From: the human T2T-CHM13v2.0 reference genome, Homo sapiens
DNA: 64,000 nt
Strand: one strand, 5' to 3'
NCBI RefSeq assembly: GCF_009914755.1
Contig: NC_060947.1
Shown here: positions 27,275-38,113 of the stretch, one piece after another
How positions within the stretch are numbered: the stretch's first letter is position 1
Layout: every line of letters starts with the position of its first letter
The notes under the pieces: generated by a model
The model's input: only the letters and a program-made list of their open reading frames with translations
What the model was told of the DNA's origin: nothing
Database searches by the model: none
Made by a program: the position numbers and the translations under genes

Positions 27275-27750
27275 CAGTGGTTGTCAAATGTACCTGTGCA
27301 TAAGTGACACCTGGAGTGCTTTCTTTTTCTTTTTCTTTCTTTTTTTTTTTTTCTATACTTTACGTTCTGGGATACATGTGCAGAATGTGTAGGTTTGCTG
27401 CATAGGTATACATGTGTCATGGTGGTTTGCTGCACCTATCAACACATCATCTAGGTTTTAAGCCCTGCACGCATTAGATATTTGTCCTAATGCTCTCCCT
27501 CCCCTTTCCCCCAACCCCGTGACAGGCCATGGTGTGTGATGTTCCCCTCCCTGTGTCCATGTGTTCTCATTGTTCAACTCCCATTTATGAGTGAGAACAT
27601 GCAGTGCTTGGTTTTCTGTCTGGAGTGCTTTTTTAAAAGCCAGATTTTTAGGCCCCACCCCAGACTTGATGAATCTGAATACAGTTCTGAGGCTTGGCAA
27701 TCTGTATTTTTACAGGCTCCGCAAGTGACTCTGAAGCAGCCAAACTGCAC
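27275..27750. mobile_element. MER5-type hAT-Charlie MITE split by an L1
   Basis: cagtggttgtcaaa...cacctggagtgcttt [L1] ttaaaagccagatttttaggccccaccccagac...gaatctgaat. Confidence 0.75.
27323..27619 (-). mobile_element. L1PA8-like 3' end (about 300 bp)
   Basis: atctaggttttaagccctgcacgcattag; TSD ctggagtgcttt at 27311 and 27620. Confidence 0.92.
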
Positions 27751-28164
27751 CAATCCTCAGACATGGACACCCAGAGTTTTACTTTCTCACCTCCCGTTTA
27801 CACATAAACATTCTGTAACCTGGTTTCTCCATTCCTTACCCTTGCTACTAACCCTCAGAAGTCATGTAAGACTTCCAGGACCTCCTAATTGCAAAATCAT
27901 TCAGTCCCTGTTGTATTCAAATTCCCTGTAGCAAGTGGCAAAGTTACCTGCCACTCCCTTTCGTGAAATTCTCTTTTCCTTTAGTTTTCATGATATGATG
28001 CTACTATTATTGGCTTTCAGTTCTGTGACCAATGTGTTTTTCTTTTTCTTCTTTCTTGTTTCATCCTTAGTAAAAGTGACCCTATACTTTTTAACAACAT
28101 TTTTATTCATTTTGACAAATTTCAGTTCTGATTGTGCTCTTGTGCTTTTTTAATGGTTGATTTT

Positions 28165-28637
28165 TAAGCCATTTTAGTTTTTAATTTTAAAATTTTAAAA
28201 AAATGTTGTGGGTACATAGTAGCTGTATATATTTATGGGGCACATGAGATGCTTTGATACAGGCATGCAATGTGAAATAAGCATATCATGGAAAATGGGA
28301 TATCCATCCCCTCAAGCATTTATTCTCTGTGTTACAAACAATCCAATTATACACTTTAAGTAATTTTAAAATGTACAATTAAGTTATTATTGACTATAGT
28401 CACCCTATTGTGCTATCAAATAGTAGGTCTTATTCATTATTTATATTTTTGTGCCCATTAACCATCCTCACCTCCTCCCCAGACCCCCAATAGCATTCCC
28501 AGCCCCTGGTAACCATCCTTCTACTCTCTTATCTCCATGAGTTCAGTTGTTTTGATTTTTAGATCCCACAAATAAGTGAGAACATGCAATGTTAGTCTTC
28601 CTGTGCCTGGCTTATTTCCCTTAACATAATGATCACC
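28165..28637 (-). mobile_element. L1MA1-3 type 3' end
   Basis: ttgtgggtacatagtagctgtatatatttatgggg...tatccatcccctcaagcatttat...agatcccacaaataagtgagaacatgc. Confidence 0.88.
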
Positions 28638-28943
28638 TCTTGCCAGCATTTGAGGTAGGGAGAGTGTAGGCACTTATGGGAACCTATTGCAGTAGGATCT
28701 ACCCTAGTTTTATTTTACATTTCCAACTGCCTTTTGGCAGTATCTCCATTCAAATGTTTAACCACCATTGTAAACCCAACATGTTCAAAACCAAGCAAAT
28801 CTTCTTATCTTTCAAATCAATGACTTTAACTGATTTCTCTAGTTCTGTGAGTGATCCTATGTATCTAGTCACCCAGGCTTACAAATTTGCTGTCACGTTT
28901 GTTTCCTCTCTACCTTATTTCCAACATTCAGTGAGTTACCTAG

Positions 28944-29396
28944 TATGATGGTTAACTTTAGGTGTCATCTGGATTAAGGAATACCCAGATAACTGGTAAA
29001 GTGTGTCTGTGAGGGTGTTTCCAAAGGAGACTGACTCATGAGTCAGTGGACTGAGTGGGGAAGATCCACCTTCAATGTGGGCAAGCACTATCCAGATAGG
29101 AACCCCAATAGAACAAAAAAAGGTGGAGGAATGGTATTTTTTTCTCTGTCTTTCCAGGAGCTGGGACATTCTTCTCGTGCACTTGGACATTAGAACTCCA
29201 GACTCTCTGGCATTTGGACTGCAGGACCTGAAGCTTTCAGACTTGAACTGAACCATGCCTGTTAGGGGACTTCTCAGTCTCCATAATCATGTGAGCCAAT
29301 TCCCTTAAAAAATCCCCCGCTCATCTACATCTATATCTGATCTATATCATCTATATCTACATCCTATCTGTTCTATCTTCATGAAAAACCCTGACA
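28944..29396 (+). mobile_element. MLT2B solo LTR inserted in an L2 (L2 about 28720-29700)
   Basis: tatgatggttaactttaggtgtca...gtgagccaattcccttaa...aaccctgaca; TSD cctag/ccaag. Confidence 0.85.
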
Positions 29397-32241
29397 CCAA
29401 GTCAGAACCAATTTAGCTCTCCAATATGTCGCTCAGTCCTGTCGCCTCTGTTCTCTTTCCACTGCCACCAGAGTAAGTCAGGCTCACATCATCTCTACCT
29501 AGACCAGTGCAGTGGCCTAACTACCTTTCGCACTTTCAAGATATTCCACAGAGTGCTATGCAATTCATGTTCAAAGTAAGAGCTGCTCTAGCTGACATTG
29601 GAGTTTACCCCAATATTTCTTTCCAGCCATTTTTCTTATCACTCCACTACTTTACCTGGTACTGTACCTTGACCACGACCTATGTTTTCCAATCCCTCTC
29701 CATGCCTTAATTAGCTGAGATAAAACACTCTATATTTACCGAGAGCATAGAATTTAATAATCACCTCTCTACCATCCTTAATGTAATTTGAGTGCCTTGC
29801 ACTCAGGAAATACAGCTCAGTACATATTTGTGGAAGTATGTGGTGTTCTATGGTTCACAGAGGATATATTATACATCTTCAAATTTGCTTGTTAACATAG
29901 GTTCTGCATTTGGCAGGACTCTACTAATCCCACTCCCACCCCAAAATATACAATTCTTCGTGGTTGATGTTTGTCAGCTTTGGGCTAACCTAACTGGGCC
30001 ACAAAATGAGGAAAGACAGCCATCTGGAGCTTTAAGAGCATGCCCTTTGCCCAGGGAAACATGCCAGGTCATGCAGAGGAAGGCTGTATTCGTGAAATTA
30101 CTTTTGGCATCAAGTTCAACCCTTTGCATCTTGCTTTCCTCTCTGCTTGCTCCCTTATGCTTATCTGGCTTCCAGCAAACACTGCCCTTCAAGCATGATG
30201 ACCTGTTTGATCAATCTCCTGGCTCTTGACCTTCCTGCTTTCCTTCCTAGGTATAAATTACATTCTTCCTCCAGACTCAGAATTTTCTCAGACTCAGTTC
30301 CAAGACAGCATTTGGCTTGGCCTCAGGACCTCATGACTAGGAAGAGCAGAGTTCTATCCCATTCCGGGAGAAACCATACAACTATGGGGCTGCTTTCAAA
30401 TTTTGTGCTCAAGTCTGATGGCAGTAACTAAAAACCATCTGTTGTCGTGTTTTAGCATGAGTGGTATAGCTTGCAAATGCCTTGGTGCACTACCTTCCAT
30501 CAGTTATTCTTGAAATTCTAGGTTCTGTTGTGGAGGGATGTCAGAATCAAAGTTGATTGGCCTCTTAGCAAAATCTCTGGTGCCAGAAAGGGACTGTGCA
30601 TTGATTTTCCCCATTGTGTGTGGCATCCTTATCACCTCCCAGCATACTGCTCCTTGTTGGTACTTTTTCTAGACTAAAAAGAAAAAGCACTATCTGTTTT
30701 TTCCCATTCTTACCTACTGAAAATCCTGTCACACTTTTATGCTTCTGAGATGGGCGATAGGAAGGTCTTGACTAAAGGGCTTCAGGACACTAATCCACAT
30801 AAATGGCAGATCTGATATCAGCATGATTGCTCTGCTTCTCTCTTCACAGTTCTGGAACAAAAAGTATAGGGCTGTAAGGAAAATATTTACTCATTCTGTA
30901 AACATCTGGGGAGCACCAACTCTATGCCAAATGGAAGGAATCCAAATTTTCCTTCTCTCAAGTAGTTCACAATAAAGTAGGAAAGACCCAAACACATCGT
31001 TTCCTTTTCTTATTATAATCACTTAAAAGAAGCATTTTCTCACATTCAAGAGGCCTCTGTTCCACTTTTGCTTGCCCACTTCTGTCTTTTTATTTCTTGC
31101 AAAAGAAAATGAGTTTTGCTTAGGGAATTGAGTATATAGATCCAGTGGACAGAAGATAAAAGATTTCCATGGTAGTGACTTACTTATAGCATTTTCCTTG
31201 CAGAGATTATTCCACCATAGAAAATATTCCATTAGCACGAGAGGTTGCTTCATTTCATCTTCCTTTTGTCTTATGGAACCCCTATTGTAAGAAACACGGA
31301 ACTTAAAAATGTCCAACCTTAACAAAGAGATCACTTCCCAGTATTGTGAATACATGGAGGGTAGAGGTGAAGCCATGCTACTAGAGAAACACAAAAGGTT
31401 GGGCCTAGTGCCTGGCCCAGGCTGGGAAGTGGGAGTCAGCAAATGGTTCTTGAAGGTAATACTTGAGCCAAGACTGAAGGATAAGGGGAGAGGGAGGAGA
31501 ACAAGTCAGGCTAAGAGGGTCTCATTCCTGGTAGAGCAGAATGGGAGCAATGGCCTCAGGATGAGGAGTGGCAATGACACACAGCACCTAAAGATCACTG
31601 GTCCATCAACAAAAGGAAGGAAATGAGGCTGGCATGGTAGGCAGTGTCAGGTTACCAACAAGCCTCTTCCACTAAGCAAATAGAAACAACAAAATATCTG
31701 CAAATTCTCTACCTGTGATGTTTGGGAAATATCTTCAGTGACCTGGGAATGAATTTTCCCCATGTTGCTTTAAAAAAGTTCCCTTTCTCCCTTAACTGGA
31801 TAGTAATATATCCCAGGTATCCTGGGTGCCAATGTCATTTGGGAACTTCTTTAAGTCACAGCAGATATTTTAAAGGGTGGTGAAGGTCACTAGGTCTCCT
31901 TTGAAAATACAGAGGCCCTAGGCAGCCATTAAGGTCCTTTTGTGAATGTCACAAGTAACAAATGTTCAATTGCCAGAGAAAACTGGAAGACCAAATGATA
32001 GGTGCAACCTGTAGTGATCAAAAGGAACATCTCACAAATGAGAACAAAGAGAAGATGGGCAGGAAGAAGGAAAGAGGAAGCACACAATTTGAAATGGACA
32101 TTGAACTGGCAACAGAGCTCAGCATGGTACTTTGAAGATGGCAAACATAGTGACTTGGGACTAAGAAGAGGGAGAGGCAAAAGCCCAGTCAGATGCTCAC
32201 ATAGAATAAATAACCAATTGGCAGCATGGGCCATTGCAGCA

Positions 32242-32679
32242 CATATTAGTTTTCTGTGACCACTGAAACAAATTGCCACAAATTTTAAACAGCAATTTAT
32301 TTTCTTGCAGTTCTGGTGGCCAAAAAGCAAGATATCAACAAAGCTACACTCCTTCTGGAAGCACTAGAAGTGAATCATTCTTTGTCTCTTCTGGCTTCTG
32401 GTGGCTGTCAATACTCCTTAGCCTGTGTCCATATCACTCCAATCTCTGCCTCCATCTTCACAGGGCTTTCTCGTGTGTGTCTGTGCCTTCTCCTCTTCTG
32501 TCTCTTATAAAGAAACTTATCATTGGATTTAGGACCACATGGATAATCCAGAATGACTCATGAGATCCTTAACTTAGGTATAGCTGCAAACACTCTTTTT
32601 CCAAATAAGGTCACATTCATAGGTTCTGGGGGTTAGGATGTAAACATATATTTTGGGGGCCACCATTCAACCCATTACA
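32242..32679 (-). mobile_element. MLT1C solo LTR
   Basis: catattagttttc...cagttctggtggcc...ccaaataaggtcacattcataggttctgggggttagga...ccattcaacccattaca. Confidence 0.85.
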
Positions 32680-32719
32680 TAGTGTTTATGTGGGGGAGAG
32701 ATATCCTCCCTTTTTGTCT

Positions 32720-33120
32720 TCCTGATTGTAATGTTAATATACGTTCATCATAAAAATATAGTGAATATAGAAAATCACAAAGAAACTTAAAACTCATCTT
32801 TAATTTCACAACCCAGAGTCAGCCACTGGTAAAAATTTCAGAAATCATATTCCAGACTTCTATGACTATATGTACTGATTTGTTAGGCTCCTATGGTACT
32901 TACTATTGTGAAATCTGCTTCTTTCCCAATTATAGACATATTGTGAACATCATCCCATGCCTTTAAATCTCTTTCCACAACAAAATTTTTATCAGCTGCC
33001 TAATATGCCATCACATGTCTGTATCATAGTTTAATGAATTGGTTTTGAACTGTTTGACATTTAGGCTGTCCCCAGTTTTTCAGTGTTATCAGTAACACTG
33101 AGATGAGGACATGCATGCCA
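32720..33120 (-). mobile_element. Ancient L1ME 3' fragment
   Basis: Same motif class as 12475-12805 (aatttcacaacccagagtcagccactggtaaaaattt; gacatttaggctgtcccagtttt). Confidence 0.55.
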
Positions 33121-33820
33121 GGGTATTTAAAAGAAAACTTGGGTTGCATGATACAATGGGACATTGACTGTGGATACCCTAAATTCTCTGAGTTTTATAG
33201 TAAAGTGTGCATTGGACTATACTGAATCAGGCCCAAGTTAGGAAAAAGATTTGGCCTGGAACAGAGAATCACTTTATAACTTCTCTTTCTCAGAAAAAAA
33301 AATACATTTATTCAGCTTCCTCTCTTGCCACTCTCTGTGTTATGCTTTTTATTTTCTTAAAAGGGTGGGAGTGACACACCTATTTCCTCTTTTTAAAATG
33401 TTATTAATATTTTATTAATGCCTACCATCTTGTCTGGCCAAGCAAACCATCTTACTCAGTGAAGTATTAATATAGCTTTTCATTTTAAGTCCCATGATAA
33501 AGCCAGAAAAGACTAGCACTAGAAAAAAATCTACTTTTATTTTTTATTATTTCTATACCTGCACTGAGAAATATTTGTATCTAGACTAGAATAAATGGAC
33601 AGGAGGATAAGGGTCATGGGTAAACTGAGTAAATACAGCATTTTAGAAAAAGCTATTTAGACCCCTAAATAACTAGAAAAGATATTCCTCAGATTGGGGT
33701 GAAAGGGAAGCTTATGTTTGAATTATAAAAAGTCAGTACAAACCCATCTGGAAGGATCATATAATGAGGAACACAAACAGCCTCCAGAATGTTCATCAAA
33801 GAAAATTAATATTCGCTGAG

Positions 33821-34241
33821 CGTATAAGGCCAACATTGCATTGCCATAAGGAAATACCCAAAAATGGGTAATTTGTAAAGAAAAGAGGTTTAATCAGTTC
33901 ACAGTTCTGCAGGCTGTACAGGAAGCATAACACTAGCGTATGCCTCTAGGGAGGCCTCTGGAAGTTTACAATCATGGCAGAAGGTGAAGTAGGAACTTGA
34001 ACCTCACATGGCAAAAGTAGGAACAAGAGAGAGAGCAGGAAGGGGCCACACACATTTAAATGACCAGATCTCACAAGAACTCACTGGTTATCACAAGGAC
34101 AGCACCAACGGGATGGTGCTAAGCCATTCGTGAGAAATTCAAGCCCATGATCCGATCACCTCCCACCAGACCCCATCTCCAACATTGAGATTTACATTTC
34201 AATATTAGATTTGGGTGGGGACACACATCCAAACTATATCA
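33821..34241 (-). mobile_element. MSTA/B solo LTR
   Basis: gggtaatttgtaaagaaaagaggtttaat...cacatccaaactatatca; perfect TSD ctgag. Confidence 0.92.
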
Positions 34242-34714
34242 CTGAGGAAGCCCATTCTTGTGAACGTCCAGCTTACGTTTTGAAACTGCAAGAGAAGTAG
34301 ACCGTTCCAATGTACTTATATTTGTGATTTCCAGGTTTACTGCCACATAATTTTGGCCCATAAAGTGAATACTCTTTCTGATTTGGGATTGTGCATTCAT
34401 AAAGTTAGCAACTACTAAAAAAAAAAAAAGTCAATATTATAGTTATTTCTGTGCCTGAGTAGCACAAGTGGACAAATCTGATGAAATCACAGAAGTGGTG
34501 ATAGCAACACACAACACTAGTATATAGAGTTTCAAGAAACATATTGGAAGTGCATATTCATTGCTCACTCAGCTTGACTGACTCCAGTAAATCCACCCCA
34601 GTAGTGATTTACCAAAAAAAAAAAAAAATTGATCCAATCCTGGCAGAGGAGGATTGTTGAGAACTTTGAAAGAACACATTTTAGTCCAAGCAATAAATTT
34701 GTTAATAGCAGATT

Positions 34715-34851
34715 CTTCTTCTTCTTCTTTTTTTTTTGAGATGGAGTCTCACTTTGTCACCCAGGCTGGAGTACAGTGGTGTGAACTTGACTCACTGCAA
34801 CATCCGCCTCCTGGGTTCAAGCGGTTCTCCTGCCTCAGCCTCCTGAGTAGC
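34715..34851 (-). mobile_element. Truncated Alu (right-arm portion only)
   Basis: (TTC)n/poly-T tail, then Alu up to ctgagtagc; abrupt end with no TSD. Confidence 0.9.
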
Positions 34852-35510
34852 CTTGATACACAGCATGATCCCTTACCCCTCAGACTGGCCAAGAATGAGC
34901 TTCTAGATTTGTCCCATTTACCCATTTCGTCATTCATCGGTTATTCTCTATGTCCACTATCAATGATCTTGAAATCAAATAGGAGAGGAAACACACAAAT
35001 AAAACTAAGTAAATAAATAACACTGCTAAGTATACTAAGAAAGGTAAGAGCATGGACGAGGAGCAAACACTTACCCTAAACCATCATCATATTTTTACTT
35101 CCAAGGCACTACTATTTGACTTAGCATCTCAGCTGACCATTCAATGTCTAGGTTCTTCCCAAGCTGACTACAGTGCTTAATTTTTTTTATTTTGTGCTTA
35201 CTATATGCCACATATTTTACATACATTATCTCATGTAATGCTCACAATCACCATATAAGGTAGATACAAATTCTATTTCATGGGCTTAGAAAAGATGAGT
35301 AAAATTACCCAAGAATTTGAACATAGTTTGTCCTAATTCCAAAGCTCTGGTTTATTCTACCTCACTATGCTGACTCTCAAATTTTCAAAGAGATTTATAG
35401 AATTAAAGTGTACAGAGTGATTGACCAGAGTGAGTGTGCTAGTCCATTCTCACCTTGCTATAAAGAAATATTTGACACTGGGTAATTTATAAAGAAAGGA
35501 GGTTTATTTC

Positions 35511-36937
35511 TTATTTCTGAGGGCTCTGTTCTGTTCCATTGGTCTATATCTCTGTTTTGGTACCAGTACCATGCTGTTTTGGTTACTGTAGCCTTGTAGT
35601 ATAGTCTGAAGTCAGGTAGCGTGATGCCTCCAGCTTTGTTCTATTGCACATCTACAACTATCTGATCTTTGACAAATCTGACAGAAACAAGAAATGGGGA
35701 AAGGATTCCCTATTTAACAATTGGTGCTGGGAAAACCGGCTAGCCATATGTAGAAAGCTGAAACTGGATCCCTTCCTTACACCTTATACAAAAATTAATT
35801 CAAGATGGATTGAAGACTTAAATGTTAGACCTAAAACCATAAAAACCCTAGAAGAAAACCTAGGCAATAGCATTCAGGACATAGGCATGGGCAAGGACTT
35901 CATGTCAAAAACACCAAAAGCAATGGCAACAAAAGCCAAAATTGACAAATGGGATCTAATTCAACTAAAGAGCTTCTGCACAGCAAAAGAAACTACCATC
36001 AGAGTGAACAGGCAATCTACAGAATGGGAGAAAATTTTTGCAATCTACTCATCTGACAAAGGGCTAATATCCAGAATCTACAAAGAACTCAAACAAATTT
36101 ACAAGAAAAAAACAAACAACCCCATCAAAAAGTGGGCGAAGGATATGAACAGACACTTCGCAAAAGAAGACATTTATGCAGCCAAAAGACACATGAAAAA
36201 ATGCTCACCATCACTGGCCATCAGAGAAATGCAGATCAAAACCACAATGAGATATCATCTCACACCAGTTAGAATGGCAATCATTAAAAACTCAGGAAAC
36301 AACAGGTGCTGGAGAGGATGTGGAGAAATAGGAACACTTTGACACTGTTGGTGGGATTGTAAACTAGTTCAACCATTGTGGAAGACAGTGTGGCAATTCC
36401 TCAGGAATCTAGAACTAGAAATACCATTTGACCCAGCCATCCCATTACTGGGTATATACCCAAAGGAATATAAATCATTGCTGCTATAAAGACACGTGCA
36501 CATATATGTTTATTGCAGCACTACTCACAATAGCAAAGACTTGGAACCAAGCCAAATGTCCAACAATGATAGACTGGATTAAGAAAATGTGGCACATATA
36601 CACCATGGAATACTATGCAGTCATAAAAAATGATGAGTTCATGTCCTTTGTAGGGACATGGATGAAGCTGGAAACCATCATTCTCAGCAAACTACTGCAA
36701 GGACAAAAATCCATGTTCTCACTCATAGGTGGGAATTGAACAATGAGAACACATGGACACAGGAAGGGGAACATCACACACTGGGGCCTGTTGTGGGGTG
36801 TGGGGAGGGGGGAGGGATAGCATTAAGAGATATACCTAATGTAAATGATGACTTAAGGGGTACAACACACCAACATGGCACATGTATACATATGTAACAA
36901 AACTACACATTGTGCACATGTACCCTAGAACTTAAAG

Positions 36938-36943
<6 letters not shown>
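35511..36943 (+). mobile_element. 5'-truncated, 5'-inverted L1PA5/6 (inverted 35511-35642; sense 35647-36943)
   Basis: ORF2 C-terminal remnants 35644-36342 and 36428-36739 (disrupted); G-rich 3' UTR; terminus cttaaagtataat. Confidence 0.95.

Positions 36944-37032
<89 letters not shown>
36943..37032. repeat. Compound microsatellite (TA)23(GA)22
   Basis: Direct reading. Confidence 0.95.
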
Positions 37033-37035
<3 letters not shown>

Positions 37036-37672
37036 TTAATTGGCTCATGGTTCTTCACGCCATACAGGAAGCATGGTGCTGACATCTGCTTAGCTTCTGG
37101 GGAGTCCTCAGGAAGACTACAATCACGGTGGAAGGTGAAGGAGGAAGAAGAATGTCACATGGCCAGAGCAGAAGTAAGAGGGAGGGAGGGAGGTGCTATA
37201 CACTTTTAAACAACCAGATCTTGTGAGAACTTACTGTCACAAGGACAGCACTAAGGCGATGGTGTTAAACCATTCATAAGACATCCACCCCATGATCCAG
37301 TCACCTCCCACCAGGCCCCACCTTCAACATTAGGGATTACATTTCAACATGAGATTTGGGTGGGGACACACAGGCAAACTATATCATTCTGCCTCAGTCC
37401 CTCCCAAATCTCATGTCCTTCTCACATTTTAAAATACAATCAGGCCTTCCCGATAATCCCCCAAAATCTTAACTAATTCCAGCATTAACTCAAATGTCCA
37501 AAGTCCAAAGTTCCATCTGAGACAAGGCAAGTCCCATGAGTCAATTAAACCTCTTTTCTTTATAAATTACCCAGTAACAGGTATTTCTTTATGGTAATGG
37601 GAAAATGGACTAACGCAGTGGGTAAGAAGGAGCCCTTGGATTCAATCATTAGGAAATCATATTTGTGTCCAC

Positions 37673-38113
37673 TGTATTAGTTTGCTAGGCCTGCATAACA
37701 AAGTACCAAAAACTGGGTGGCTTAAACAGCAGAAATTTATTGTGTCACGGTTTTGAAGGCTAGTAACGAGTGATCAAAGTGTCAGCAGGGTTGGTTCCTC
37801 CTAAGGGCTGTGAGGAAGGCTCTGTTCCAGCCCTTTCTCCTAGTTTCCAATAGCCTCAGGCATTCTTTGGCTTGTAGATTATATTCTCCCTGTGTCTTCA
37901 TATCATCTATTCTGTACACATCTGTCTCTATGTCCAAATTTCCCCTTTTTATAAAGAAACCAGTCATATTGTATTAGGGCCTACCTCAATGATATCATTT
38001 TAACTTGATTATCTCTGTAAAGACCCTATTTCTAAATGAGGTCACATTCTGTAGTACCAGAGGCTAGGACTTCAACACTTCTATTTTGAGAGGACACAAT
38101 TCATCTCAAAATA
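37673..38113 (-). mobile_element. MLT1B/C solo LTR
   Basis: tgtattagtttgctagg...aactgggtggcttaaacagcagaaatttatt...gacacaattca; TSD tccac/cccac. Confidence 0.88.

Larger units (their letters stand above)
35435..37617 (-). mobile_element. MST MaLR element: LTR(-) 35435-35506 and 37033-37386, internal(-) 37387-37535, inverted LTR 3' end(+) 37536-37617
   Basis: LTR termini tgtgctagtcc and caaactatatca; internal piece matches the reverse of THE1-int 9030-9171; flanks gtgag/gtggg. Confidence 0.85.

Noticed and set aside
35644-36739. L1 ORF2 protein-like ORFs (also 58715-59704)
   Set aside because: 5'-truncated copies with stops and frameshifts; not functional CDS
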